Assembly (NCBI GenBank): GCA_963803975.1
Contig: CAWDOY010000031.1
Location: forward strand, 1-64,000
Reading direction: 5' to 3'
DNA from: an uncultured delta proteobacterium
GTDB taxonomy: Bacteria > Desulfobacterota > WTBG01 > CAIYCZ01
Length of the DNA: 64,000 nt
Shown here: positions 34,342-45,914 of the stretch, piece by piece
Layout of the letters: each line of letters opens with the position of its first letter
Numbering within the stretch: the stretch's first letter is position 1
Made by a program: the position numbers and the translations under genes
Notes under the pieces: generated by a model
Seen by the model: only the letters and a program-made list of their open reading frames with translations
What the model was told of the DNA's origin: nothing
The model's database searches: none

Positions 34342-35289
34342 ATGAATAATAAATTCCAGATTGATATCAGTGTCGTTATTCCCTGCTACAATGAAGAGCA
34401 GGGCCTGCAGGAGCTGTACAGCCGGCTGTGCGCGGTCCTGGAGCCCATTACTGCGCAGTTTGAGCTGCTGTTTGTGGACGACGGCAGTACGGACCGCTCT
34501 ATGGATATTCTGAAGGAGCTGCATGCACAGGACCGACGGGTTAAGGTTATCCATTTCAGGAAAAATTTCGGCAAGGCGCAAGCGCTTTCCCATGGTTTCC
34601 TGAATTGCCGCGGTGAAAAAGTAGTCACCATAGATGCAGACCTTCAGGATTTTCCGGAAGAGATACCAAAGCTTGTAGCATGGCTGGGCGAGGGCTTTGA
34701 CCTTGTTTCAGGATGGAAACGAAAACGGGAAGATTCCATCGGGAAACGGTTAACCTCACGCATCTTTAATTTCTTTACCGCGCTCTTTACCGGGGTCAAA
34801 ATTCATGATTTCAACTGCGGGCTGAAAGCCTATCGCAGAGTGGTGACCGAAGAGATGGAACTCTATGGAGAGCTGTACCGGTTTATCCCGGCTGTTGCCG
34901 CGTGGAAAGGTTTCAGGGTAGGGGAGGTCATCGTGAGCCACGGCCCGCGGCGCTACGGTAAATCCAAATTCGGCATTGAACGGTTCTTCAGGGGTTTTTT
35001 TGACCTGCTCACCATCGTCATGCTTACCAAATATACCCAGCGCCCGCTTCATTTCTTCGGCGGCCTTGGCATGATGTTATCGTGTGCCGGTTTTTCCATA
35101 GACGCCTACCTGGCGCTGCAATGGTTTCGCGGTACGTATTTAAGCAACCGCCCCATCCTGCTGCTGGGCACCCTGCTCATTATCCTTGGTATACAGTTTA
35201 TCTTTTTCGGGCTGCTGGGTGAGCTGATTGTTTTTTCTTCCAAGAAAGACAGTGACCATATTGTAAGGGATAAATACGGCATTGAATAA
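34342..35289 (+). CDS. GT2 polyprenol-phosphate glycosyltransferase (ArnC/GtrB-like)
   Basis: VIPCYNEE, VDDGSTD, NFGKA, DADLQD, two C-terminal TM segments. Confidence 0.9.
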   Translation: MNNKFQIDISVVIPCYNEEQGLQELYSRLCAVLEPITAQFELLFVDDGSTDRSMDILKELHAQDRRVKVIHFRKNFGKAQALSHGFLNCRGEKVVTIDADLQDFPEEIPKLVAWLGEGFDLVSGWKRKREDSIGKRLTSRIFNFFTALFTGVKIHDFNCGLKAYRRVVTEEMELYGELYRFIPAVAAWKGFRVGEVIVSHGPRRYGKSKFGIERFFRGFFDLLTIVMLTKYTQRPLHFFGGLGMMLSCAGFSIDAYLALQWFRGTYLSNRPILLLGTLLIILGIQFIFFGLLGELIVFSSKKDSDHIVRDKYGIE

Positions 35290-35292
35290 AGC

Positions 35293-36338
35293 TTGTGCCC
35301 GCAACGTTATAACAGAAGCAGACCGCCCCGCAGTATCTGTCATCATTCCCGCCTATCAACCGCAAAGATGAATTACAGGAACTCCTCGCAGCTCTTGCCC
35401 AGCAGACCCTTGCGCCTGAACAGTTTGAAATCATCGTTGTTGATGACGGGTCCATTGACGATACCCTGTTCTATCTCAAAAGCCTGGTTGACAGCGGGCG
35501 GGAGAATCTGATTTTTCACTATCAGAAAAACCAGGGGCCGGGAGCTGCCCGCAACCGCGGCATGGCCATGGCCCGCGGGGATGTATTTGCCTTTACCGAC
35601 ACTGATTGCCGGCCCCAGCCTGACTGGCTTGAGGAACTGCTCAAGCCGTTTGCGGACAGGCATGTGGGCGCTGTGGGAGGTGCCGAGCAGTACGATGAGC
35701 ACGGCACCATGCTGCAGCAGGCAATCCACATCTGCATGACCTCATCCTTTACCACCGGCGGACTCAGGGGCACAGCCGGTAAAAAGCTTGCTCGGTATTA
35801 TCCGCGGACTTTTAATATGGCGATCTCACGGGAAGCGTTTGAAAAGACCGGCGGGTTTAAATCGCTCTATCACGGCGAAGATATTGAATTGAGCTTTCGT
35901 ATCAAACAGGCAGGACTGGCGCTGGTATTCAATGAGAGGGCGAAAGTGTTTCATCGGCGCCGGGATACCATAAAGGGATTTGTTAAGCAGGTACTGAAGA
36001 TGGGAGAGGCGCGGGTAACGCTTGCACGTCTGCATCCGCAGATGCTCGAGCCGCTGCACGTGGTACCGGCAGCGGGGCTGCTGGCCCTGATAATTATAAT
36101 ACTGCTTTCATTGTTTTCGAATGCTTTTTTCATGCTGCTTAAGCTGCTGCTGGTTTTTGCGCTTTTGTTTCTGCTTCTGGTGGGCGCGGCCGGAAGCAGG
36201 GCAGGAGCCGCCCCGGTCAGGGACAGAATGCGATTATTGTTCCTGGTTCCTGTTTTCTTTATTCTGCAGCAGTCTGCCTACGGGATTGGTTTTTATCGCG
36301 GTCTGTGGAAGTGGTTGAGGGAATCGGTGAAACAGTGA
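35293..36338 (+). CDS. GT2 glycosyltransferase (frameshift near 5' end)
   Basis: SVIIPAY, IVVDDGS, NQGPGAARN, FTDTDC, GEDIELS. Confidence 0.85.
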
Positions 36339-36566
36339 AACGTGAAAAGCGTGAAGTGAAAGGTGGAATGTGGATGGTTTAGTCTTTCTTTTTGTTCTGA
36401 ATGCTCGCACTCGCATTCCTGATACTTATCCACAAGCTTTTGCAGCTTCTCGCAGAAGATCCTCCCGTCATTGCGGCACATCGTGTGCCGCTGACAAAAC
36501 TTGCTTTTGGACACTGGATGCAGATCATGCCTTTCGCCGGATGGTTTTTTGCTGCCATGGTATTAG

Positions 36567-36716
36567 CAGATTGATGAAAAAGTTTATTTTTCGGGCTGGT
36601 CAAAAATGCACAGATGCAAGGCTCCCGAAATCCTGAGAAGTGAGGCGTACCTCAAGGTACGCTGCAACGACGAAGGAAGAGGGAAACGCCGCAGATGGGC
36701 GTTTTTCAACAGCCTT
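36567..36716 (-). mobile_element. MITE-like element copy 3 (inverted, more diverged)
   Basis: GCTGGTCAAAAA...GATGCAAGG...TGAGGCGTAC...GCAGATGGG...TTTTTCAACAGCCT. Confidence 0.7.
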
Positions 36717-36788
36717 TTAAATTAATTAACGCATTGAGCAGAATAGTCAACGACAAATTTATCATAAATACATTACAGGGACAATACC

Positions 36789-37439
36789 GTGCCGGATACA
36801 AATAATCATATTAAAGTAATTTCATTTGATTTAGACGGGACCCTCACCACACCGGAGTTTGTTGACGCGGTGTGGCGGATCGGGGTGCCGAAGCAGTATG
36901 CGGCAAAGCATGGCGTCAAACTCGCGGAAGCGCGGGAGCTGGTCGCTCATCTCTATGACTGCATGGGCGATGATGAACTCAACTGGTATGACCTGCCGTT
37001 CTGGGTGAAATACCTTAAGCTTGATGTTCCCGCGGAACAATTAATAGCTGAATACGAAAACTTGATCGCGCTCTTTCCTGATGTTACGGCAACATTATCT
37101 TCTCTGCAGCAGCGCCATGACCTTATTATCATCTCCAATGCCAACCGGATGTTTCTTGACCGGGAAGTAGCCGTGACCGGGATTGAAAAATATTTCAAGA
37201 AGATATTCTCTGCAACGAGCGACTTTGGCAGGGTAAAGCGGGAAGAGGATATCTACCGGATGGTGTGTGAGCGCATAAACGTTTCACCCGCGGAGATTAT
37301 CCATGTGGGGGACCACCGCGAGTTTGACTTTGAAGCGCCGCAGCGAATCGGCATCCGTTCCTATTTCCTGGACAGATCACAAAAAGAGACCGGGCCGCAG
37401 GTGATTCACAGCCTGGATGAGCTGACAGGTATTATTTAA
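36789..37439 (+). CDS. HAD-family hydrolase
   Basis: FDLDGTL, ISNA, HVGDHREFD. Confidence 0.88.
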   Translation: MPDTNNHIKVISFDLDGTLTTPEFVDAVWRIGVPKQYAAKHGVKLAEARELVAHLYDCMGDDELNWYDLPFWVKYLKLDVPAEQLIAEYENLIALFPDVTATLSSLQQRHDLIIISNANRMFLDREVAVTGIEKYFKKIFSATSDFGRVKREEDIYRMVCERINVSPAEIIHVGDHREFDFEAPQRIGIRSYFLDRSQKETGPQVIHSLDELTGII

Positions 37440-37565
37440 CGCTAAACCCTCCAGGAAGTTTTTCTTTTACTGCGCTTTGTTCCTCGGATGTTTTTTTCTC
37501 AACCGCTGCATCCCCAGACGGCTCCTTCCATTAAAAACCGGTCCGAACCCGGGTCTTCTTTAAAT

Positions 37566-39069
37566 TCAAGCTGCAGCTTTTGCGCTGCCTCCTGGTAGGA
37601 ACCCTCGTGCCAGGCGAATCTCTCCTTCCGGTGTTACGATGATGGCTGACTCACCCCTGACCGGGCATTTCTCTTCGCAGAACCCGCAGCCGTTGCACTT
37701 GTTCGCTGAAACAAACGGCCTGCGGAACCCTTCCTGCCATTTAAAAACAATCGCGTTGTAGGGGCACTGCTCATCACATATCAGGCAAAGCTTGTTTTCG
37801 GCCCACACCAGGCAGCGCTCCCGGTCAATGACCGCGGTGCCGAGCTTGGCGTTTTTCTTTTCTTCAAGGGCGAAGAGCCCTGATGGCGCCGGTGGGGCAC
37901 ACCTGGCCGCAGAGGCTGCAGGTCTGGTCGCACCCGGCGAGCCGGGGCACGATGCGCGGCGACCAGAGGCCGTCAAGCCCGCTTTCCCAGAGGCAGGGCT
38001 GCAGGGTGTTGGTGAGGCACACCTTCATGCACTCGCCGCAGCGGATGCATTTTGCTAAAAAAGATTTTTCCGGCAGAGCGCCGGGCGGCCGCATCAGCCG
38101 GGGATTTGCCAGTTTCGTAAACGGCGTGGTCTTAAGGCTCACCGCGGCGAGCGCTCCAGCGCCAAGTGAGAGAAAGAGGCCCCGGCGCGAAAGATCAAAG
38201 CGCGGTATTAAACCCTGCGGGAGAGCTGCAGAACGCCGGCTTAAAACTGATTGCAGACTGCGGGCAGATAGCTCGAGCAGTGCAGGCACTGGATGCACTC
38301 GGCGGCAGCAGTCTCTTCCGGCTCCTTCGGGATCGCGGCCATGGGGCACTCGCGAAGGCACTTCATGCAGCGGTTGCAGGCATCGCTCACCTGCCGCTTG
38401 AACATTCCCCAGCGCGAGAAGACGCTTAAGAGCGCGCCCAGCGGGCAGATAGTTCTGCACCAGAACCGTTCGGCAAAATAATTCAGAAACAGGATGCCGC
38501 TAAAGATGAAAAGAGTTAATACATTCAGATAGAAGAGCGGCTGCATGAACTGCTGGTGGGACAGGGTAACCATCTGCAGCTGCGCGGCCAGGGGCCGCAG
38601 CGCGTCAAGGCCGCTGTTGAGCAGAAGAAATACGAGCGGGTAGAGGAGCAGCGTATAGACTCTGGTTACAAAGGCGATCGGGTCAAACCAGCCGGCAAGG
38701 TTGAAGCCAAGCAGGCAGCAGGCAATGAGAGAGAGCAAGGAGGTAATACTTCGGCTGCGTTGCTGATAGTATTTTCTTCCGGGAGCGTTTTTTTCGGGGG
38801 AAAAAGCTTCGGGAAAAATCAATGAGCGTGCCGAGCGGGCACACCCAGCCGCAGAAGAAGCGGCCGAAGAGAAGGGTCGCAGCAACGAGCACGAGGGACA
38901 GAAAAAGCGCCGCGTGAATTGCCCGCGACGCGAGCATGGTGGTAAGGGCAATCAGCGGGTCAAGCCGCAGGAATATATCAACCGGAAAGAAGGACGGCAG
39001 CGGATCAGCAGCGAGGAAAAAGAGCACGGTAAAAAGAACAAGAAACAGCGTTTGAACAATTCGTCTCAT
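37566..39069 (-). CDS. Membrane polyferredoxin (NapH/MauN plus NapG/MauM-like), several frameshifts
   Basis: GRFFCGWVCPLG, RFWCRTICPLG, RPPGA...CIRCGECMKVC, CNGCGFCEEKCP. Confidence 0.8.
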
Positions 39070-39995
39070 ACCTGCGCTTTGAGAATTTTTATGGCGTTCA
39101 GGTCCATGGTGCCAAGGCCCATGGCATGGGCGGCTGCGATGTGTTTCACCTGGCTGCCGGTAAATTTCTGGCCATACCAGTCGACCAGCGTCACGCCGAG
39201 CGCGTCAACCGCGACCGGGTCGCGGCCGGCGATGATGGTGTTCGGCTTTTCAATTTTGCCCGGCCCGGACGGCCCGCCGTTTAACAGGGCGCGGGACGCG
39301 TCAAGCACGGTCAGGTCAATCTTTACGGCCGATACCAGGTCAGCGATGGCCTGGTTGATGTCAACTTTTGCGTGAAAGTATTCGCGGTCCCACATGATGC
39401 CCATGAGCCCCTTCATGCCGAGGCTCACGCCGGTGGTGGTGTGGGACTTTGCCGTGGGGATGCTGATAAGCACATCGCTTTCAAGAATATCCTTCATGAT
39501 TTTAACTGAGGTGATAACTTTTCCTTTGGGGACCGGGATGTCGCGGAAGAATTTTTCCTCGGTGAGGGCGAAGGTGTAGACATTTGGTATCTGCTTGCAC
39601 ATATCAGCAATGCCTGAGAGCCGCAGACACGGCTCGGGCCGGTTGAACGGGAAATCAAGCACCAGCACTTCCTTTGCGCCAGCGTCCATGCACATCCGGG
39701 CGATTGTCGAGACAACTTCCGGGCTCGTGTTGGTGGCGCGCTCAGGAGCGTGGGGGAATGACATGTTGGGTTTCAGAATCACGCGGCTGCCCTTTTTAAC
39801 AAAGGCTTCCATGCCGCCCAGCATCTGGATGGCTTTGCGCGTTGCCTCTGCCCGGCCGCCGGTCACCAGGGCAAGGGTTGATTGTCCGCGTGCTGCCAAA
39901 GGAAGTTTTTGCGGGAAAGGCAGCAGCGGCGCTGCGCTAATGGCACCGCCCAGGATCAGGCCTTGTTTAATAAATTCTCTGCGTGTGGTTTTCAT
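39066..39995 (-). CDS. DUF362 protein with Tat signal
   Basis: TRREFIK; GGMEAFVKKGSRVILKPN; KSH...SLGMK; DPVAVD. Confidence 0.88.
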   Translation of the reverse strand: MKTTRREFIKQGLILGGAISAAPLLPFPQKLPLAARGQSTLALVTGGRAEATRKAIQMLGGMEAFVKKGSRVILKPNMSFPHAPERATNTSPEVVSTIARMCMDAGAKEVLVLDFPFNRPEPCLRLSGIADMCKQIPNVYTFALTEEKFFRDIPVPKGKVITSVKIMKDILESDVLISIPTAKSHTTTGVSLGMKGLMGIMWDREYFHAKVDINQAIADLVSAVKIDLTVLDASRALLNGGPSGPGKIEKPNTIIAGRDPVAVDALGVTLVDWYGQKFTGSQVKHIAAAHAMGLGTMDLNAIKILKAQV

Positions 39996-40129
39996 AATTA
40001 TCTCCGTTAAATCTTGAACTGGAACTCAGAATACTCTGGAAATCTAGCTCAGACTCAGAACCTTTCTAGTTTAGCTTTAGACTTTCCTGATTCGTTCGAT
40101 AAGAAAGCTTCTGCGTGCGGCCGTTATTT

Positions 40130-40724
40130 TTTTTCGACCGACTTTGTTTTCCGTTCCGCTCATCAGTCTTTGGATATTGCTGCTGTGCTTTATAATTATT
40201 AATATAGCAAATACAATGCTCAGAAGCACTACCGGCATCGGGATAGGAGAGCAAATAGAGAAGCACCGGCATGGTGCCGGCAGCAAGCATTGACCCGAGC
40301 GACACATATTTCCAGATTGCGACTGCAGCGGCAAAGATTACCACTTCGATGAGAATGACTGACGGCGACAGAAAAAGAAAAACACCCAGCGCCGTGGCAA
40401 CGCCTTTTCCGCCTTTAAACCCGAGATAGATGGGGAACAGGTGGCCGAGAAACGCGGCGAGACCCATGAGGCATGCCACGTCTGATAGAACCGGTAATAG
40501 AAAGCACCTGCCCAGACCGGCAGAAACCCTTTCAGCAGGTCTCCCACCAGCGTCAGCGCGCCGACCTTTTTCCCCAGCACGCGGGTAACATTGGTCGCGC
40601 CGATGTTGCCGCTTCCCTCCTGCCGTATGTCCCGCCCGGCAAATGCTTTTGCCAGGATCACGCCGGTCGGAATGGCACCGATGAAATATGAAGCTATGAT
40701 TAGAAGCAAATATAAGAATGTCAT
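40130..40724 (-). CDS. plsY: Glycerol-3-phosphate acyltransferase PlsY (two frameshifts; 3' end approximate)
   Basis: GSGNIGATNV, GDLLKG, GHLFPIYLGFKGGKGVAT, YVSLGS, KHSSNIQRL. Confidence 0.9.
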
Positions 40725-40796
40725 AATGAATTATTTCTTGTCTCCCCTTACCAAGGGGAGATACAGAGGGGTTAAATACAGAGGGGTTTATGCTGA

Positions 40797-40839
40797 CCGC
40801 CCCTCGACCTTGCGCCCGTTGCCGAAAGGCTCAGGGGCC
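40797..40839. repeat. REP-like dispersed repeat
   Basis: Reverse complement of 14782-14823. Confidence 0.6.
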
Positions 40840-41048
40840 TAATTGCTGACAGTGCTTGGACCGAGCTTGGACCTGAGGCTGAGACGCTGACAGCTTTGGC
40901 TTAGCTATTCATTTTATATCATAGCTTGTATCTTATGGCAAAGACTGTTGCGGAGGGATAAAAATCTTGACAGGTAACATGGTTGCTTATATTAAACGAA
41001 CAGTAATAGAATAAGCATAAAAAACAATGTTAGGCCTATGGAGCACAC

Positions 41049-41881
41049 ATGACATCGGCAACTATCAAACTGTCCTTCCACGCGGGGACGCAAAAAGTCT
41101 ACGCACTGCTGAGATCTCCAATTGGACCGGAAAGGCTGTCGCCGCTCCCCGCACAGAACTTGATGAGCTTTTGGCTCGCGAAGAACTAGACAAAGCCGGA
41201 GTCTATATCTATTGGCAACGACCCTCTTACAAACGCACCCCGCGCCTACATCGGCGAGGCGGAGGTCATACGCGAGCGACTGAAGCAACACAAAACAAAG
41301 GAGTTCTGGGTTTCAGCCATCGTCTTTGTCAGCAAGGACGAGAACCTGACCAAGGCTCATGTGAGGTATCTCGAGAGCCATATCCTCGTCGAAGCCGCAA
41401 ACATCAACAGGTTCACGCTCGAACAAAATCAGGCTGGCGGCTCAAAGCTTCCCGAATCAGACCGTGAGGACATGGAGGTGTTTCTGGCCCGGATTCGGCA
41501 GCTCCTCCCGGTCCTTGCGCTCCGATATCCTAGCGCCGATCACTCAACCCACTGCGGGGGGCGTGCTCTTCTGCCGTATCAAAGGCACCGAGGGGCGAGG
41601 CCAGCGTACAGCCAATGGTTTCGTTATTTTCCGTGGTTCCACTGCCGTCTTGGAGGAGCGCCCATCTGCCGAGAACTATCCTTATGTTATGGCCCAACGC
41701 AAACAACTCATAGCCGAGGGTGTGCTTACCGAAAGGGACGGCTTCTTGGTTTTCACCAGGGATGCAGAGTTCTCTAGTCCATCTGCGGCGCGGCTGTCAT
41801 ACACGGTGGGAGCGCAAACGGACTTATCGCGTGGAAAACTGAGGGTGGTAAATTCTCAAACAACTCGACGAACAGGCCTAA
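41049..41881 (+). CDS. GIY-YIG nuclease with DUF4357-like domain, gene-cassette-like (several frameshifts)
   Basis: AEISNWTG, GVYI...AYIGEAE, RLKQH, NLTKAHVRYLE, FSSPSAA...SANG..AWK. Confidence 0.8.
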
Positions 41882-42177
41882 CCAACGGCTTCATCGGACG
41901 GTGGAAAATCGGGACGGTTACTAAGACGTCGACTCTTCATAACGAGTTTCAATAATAAGTTATTAAAAGATCAACGGTTCCACTGGGTAACTCTTCATAT
42001 ATCACTAAATAGTAATGACAATGAAGATGTACCTCCACGAGCTCCGCTTGCAACACGACGGTCAAGTCGCCCAGCATGATACAGGGTATGCGGCAACAGA
42101 CACACTTGCATGATCGAAGAAAATTGGGGCCAGCCACTTATTGTTTAGCTCCACAACACTGAGAATAACCAATGCGG

Positions 42178-43164
42178 TTATTTTTTTGTCCTCAAGACCC
42201 GGGCAATATCTTCCACCAATTCCTTTGAACCAACGTAGAGAGCCGTTCTCTGGTGATGTGTCTCCGGTTGAATCTCGAGAATCGGAATTCCCGCTTCATT
42301 GACAGCTGTTCCACCCGCTTCGCGGCACATAAAAGCTACCACCGCGCCTTCGTACATGAGGCGCAGCTTTCCCTCCGGACGGTTCTTTTTTGGGTTTGGG
42401 TGATTGACGATGGCCGGGTACATGAACATGCCGCCGTTTGATAGGATCCTGTGAACATCTCCGGCTAAGGCACCGAGGTACCTGAAGGCATACTTGCTTT
42501 CATGCTCCGTGATCCATCTTTGAACTTTTTCAGCATAGGTGAGGCGGTTGCCTGCATTGAACGATAATTCCCAAGTCCTGGTCTCCTCGGGGAGGACCAT
42601 TCGAGTCGGCCTGACAAAAGTCATCGTCTCATCGATGTGGAACCGCCAGGTCCCCGCACCTCTCAGTCCAAACGTGAACGTCCCGGTTGGAATCACAAAC
42701 ATGCCGGCTGCGATAAAATCTTTTCCAGCCCTCAGGTGGCCGTCCTCAGGGCCTTCCAGATTGCGCTTTGCAATCCCGAATAGAAAACCAACCGGCAGCC
42801 CGTGGGGAATATTCGATGAGCCATCCAGGGGGTCAAAATAGATAAAATAGCGCCCATCAGGATTAATAGAGATGATCTCGTCCGATTCCTCGCTGACCGC
42901 ATGAATGACCCGTCCCGAAGCCCTCAAGTAATGGATCGTGATTTCATGCGCGATCTGATCCATACGCATGACGTCCTCACCCTGCACATTGACCTCGCCT
43001 GCCAATCCGAGATTTCCTTTCAGGGCACTGGTCAGATAATAGTACTGGATATGCTTTGCCGCGCTGATCATTGCATCCATGAGGATCAGGAAATGGTAGG
43101 TGCGGTTATACTTCTCCTGATGCTGGATAAGAAAATTCATAAAGGTTTGCTCAAATCGGATCAT
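42178..43164 (-). CDS. fbp: Fructose-1,6-bisphosphatase class 1
   Basis: NVQGE, SEE, FDPLDGSSN, RYLGALAGDVHR, GKLRLMYE. Confidence 0.92.
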   Translation of the reverse strand: MIRFEQTFMNFLIQHQEKYNRTYHFLILMDAMISAAKHIQYYYLTSALKGNLGLAGEVNVQGEDVMRMDQIAHEITIHYLRASGRVIHAVSEESDEIISINPDGRYFIYFDPLDGSSNIPHGLPVGFLFGIAKRNLEGPEDGHLRAGKDFIAAGMFVIPTGTFTFGLRGAGTWRFHIDETMTFVRPTRMVLPEETRTWELSFNAGNRLTYAEKVQRWITEHESKYAFRYLGALAGDVHRILSNGGMFMYPAIVNHPNPKKNRPEGKLRLMYEGAVVAFMCREAGGTAVNEAGIPILEIQPETHHQRTALYVGSKELVEDIARVLRTKK

Positions 43165-43476
43165 TCGATCCCCCTTCTTCTATGCATTCAATGCTTGAGG
43201 GTTTTTATTGTATTCCAAAACAGGCGCAGAAACGCCATGGAAGCCAGCTCTGTATGCTGTGCTCGTAATCTTACCTGGTTTCGTTTTATCGTTAACGTGG
43301 ATTGTCGCGTATTGGATATCTCATATCATTTTAGTTAAAACACTTCAACCGCTTCATCACCAGAAGACATTCAATAACAGTAAAATTCCTGCGGCATATT
43401 TGCACGGCATGTGCTCTAACTGTAAAAGTGACGCTAATAAAACTATACATCTCTGAAACCACAGGGAGGAACTGCT

Positions 43477-44186
43477 ATGGAAGATAGTGCACTGGTTCAG
43501 CGGGCGTACACTGCTGTTATTGAGCACTTTATAAAGACCGGCCGGGCGCCGCACTTTACCGAGCTTGCCGCCATACTTGGTGTGCAGCCCGAGGAGGCCC
43601 GGCATCTGCAGCATAAGGCCGCTGACGCATCTCTTCGCCTGCTGGTTTGTTAAAGACACGGATTACGTCGAGTCCTGGGCGCCGTTTTCCAATGTACCGA
43701 CCCATTATCTTGATCACCATAAACGGTGTACAGAAGTGGTACGGACAGTGAGGACTCGAAGCGCTGGCCGTGCGCTGGCTCTTCCCCGGTACAGAGGTCC
43801 GTATCGATACCCGCTGTCTTGATTGCGGGCAGCCGATTTTCGTCCGCATGAGAGACGATGAAATCCTGGAAGTCAACCCGGCGACGACCGTGGGACATGT
43901 GAATATCCCGTTTGCCCGGGTTTTAACGGGAGAAGTAACCTGGGGCCAGGCTTGAAGCCGCATGAACCTCTTCCGGTCGGAAGAGCATGTGAAAAGCTGT
44001 CCCAGGTATGATTCCATCTCAGCTGAGTCCATCATGCCGCTGTCCAGCTGGGCGCAGGCCTTCAGCGGGCCCCTGCACAGGAATCGCCTGGAGCCGGACT
44101 ATCTATCCCGCGTGCAGGACTACGCATCCGAAATGTTTCTATTGTTAAAAAAGCTGGGCAAGGCAGGTCCTTTCTGGACCCCGTAA
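43477..44186 (+). CDS. MerB (organomercurial lyase)-like protein with two in-frame UGA codons, putative double selenoprotein; two +1 indels in the 5' half
   Basis: RBS GGAGG-ATG 43477; PFSNVPTHY; KWYGQ-UGA(43749)-GLEAL; RCLDCGQPI; GQA-UGA(43953)-SRMNLFRSEEHV; both UGAs share a frame through to the stop at 44186. Confidence 0.75.
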
Positions 44187-44212
44187 AGAATTCAGGACAA
44201 TTGTAATTAACA

Positions 44213-44242
44213 AAAAAACGGGGACTTCGGTCCCCTTTTTTA
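44213..44242 (+). terminator. Intrinsic terminator
   Basis: GGGGAC-TTCG-GTCCCC followed by a T run. Confidence 0.75.
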
Positions 44243-44390
44243 TTTGCAGAGGCAGTCTTATTTCCCTCTTAAACAGCACCGGGCGATGTGTTATACATAC
44301 AGGTAAATTTAAGACGGCTTCTGCTGTATTATAACTTTCTGTTATAGGTATCCCCATCACCACATCAACATCCATCAAAGAGGAGGGAAC

Positions 44391-45159
44391 GTGAAAACAC
44401 ATAATGAAAACGGCAACATTACTGTCGCGGCAATTATTGCAGGATTGTGTCTGCTCATCGGGCTTGCCCTTGGCGGGTACTTTATCGGCCTGGGTGGTGC
44501 CCGCTTTAAATCCGATATCCGGACCGTTACGGTCAAGGGACTGGTGGAAAAAGAGGTTAAGGCGGACCAGGCGATCTGGACGCTTCGCTTCAGGAGGGCA
44601 AGCGAAGACCTGAAAGACGCCCACGACCAGGATCGTTTCCGACCGGGACGCTGCAATCGCTTTCCTCAAGAATCAGGGATTCAAGGATGAGGAGATAGGC
44701 CGCCAGCCCACGCGCACGATTGACAAACTCGCCCGCGAGTATGGTCAATCCCAGGGAACCGAACCAATGCGTTATCTTGTCACCGCTGCTCTTGTCGTGA
44801 CCACCCCGAACGTCGACCTCGTGACCAAAGCCGTGGGTGCGACTGAAGAGCTTCTCAAGTCCGGGGTAATCCTGGACGGCCAGCAGGAGGGCGGCACTGC
44901 CAATCCCCGTTATACCGTCACGACCTTTAACGCCCTCAGGCCGCAGCTGCTCGCCGACGCCACGAAGAATGCGCGCATGACGGCGCAGCAGTTTGCCGCT
45001 GATTCCGGCGCGCAGGTCGGCAGGATTCGTTCTGCCAACCAGGGTGCGATCCAGATTTTCGGCAGCGACGGAAACGATGAGTCTGCCCCCTACAGCCCGA
45101 CCAGTACGCCGATGAAGAAAATACGGGTTGTCAGCACGTTTGAATTTGAACTGAGGTAA
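44391..45159 (+). CDS. SIMPL (DUF541) protein (frameshift)
   Basis: RTVTVKGLVEKEVKAD; ATKNAR..AQQFAADSG; KKIRVVST. Confidence 0.85.
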
Positions 45160-45292
45160 CTGCAACCAGATACCGATGCTGAAAAAGGGAAACTATGAAC
45201 CACAGACCACGGAGAAATACTCTGTGTTCCCGATTACTATCGGGACTGTGGTTAATTCGACAATACTTCATTACCCAAAGGGATGGTGCAAC

Positions 45293-45914
45293 ATGAATAA
45301 TTCTACGTTCAAAGAAATTACCGCTTCAATCGCTGTTCTGCTGGCAGCGACATGCTGGCTGTTTGCCGGCGCAGCCCGTGCGGAGGGCCCCTCGTTTGAC
45401 TGCGGCAAAGTGGAGGCCGGCAGCATCGAAGAGATGGTCTGCAAGGACAAGGGGCTGGCAGCGCTGGACCGCAAACTTGCCGAAGTATATGCTGCGGCTG
45501 CTAAAAAAGCGGTGAACGAGCATCCGCCCGTGCTCAAGGCAGAGCAGCGCGGCTGGATCAAGGGGCGAAACGACTGCTGGAAGAGCGCTGACCGGCGCAA
45601 ATGTGTCGCGGACAATTATCGCTCTTCGCATTACTGAACTGCAGGCGAAGTATCGTCTGGTTCCGGCCACCGGTCCCGTCACCTGGGCCTGCGACGGCGA
45701 TCCGAAAAACGAGGTAGTCGTCACCTTTTTCAAGACTGATCCGCCGACACTGATCGCGGAGCGCGGCGACCAGGTGTCGCTGATGTACCTCCAGCCGGCC
45801 GCCAGCGGCGCCAGATACCAGGGCCCGAACGAATCTTTTTGGGAACACCAGGGTGAAGCCACCATAACGTGGGGGTACGGCGCCCCGGAGATGCGCTGTA
45901 CGAAAAAGCGCTGA
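45293..45914 (+). CDS. LprI-MliC lysozyme inhibitor-like protein (frameshift)
   Basis: PSFDC...EEMVC...LKAEQRGWIKGRNDC; AASGARY...FWEHQGEA. Confidence 0.85.

Noticed and set aside
36293..36558. Small Cys-rich minus-strand ORF (CIQC...C...C)
   Set aside because: Needs a frameshift, runs into repeat DNA and has no recognisable family; not supportable as a gene.
43477..44186. A classical mer operon
   Set aside because: No merR, merT, merP or merA nearby; the gene stands alone with its own terminator.
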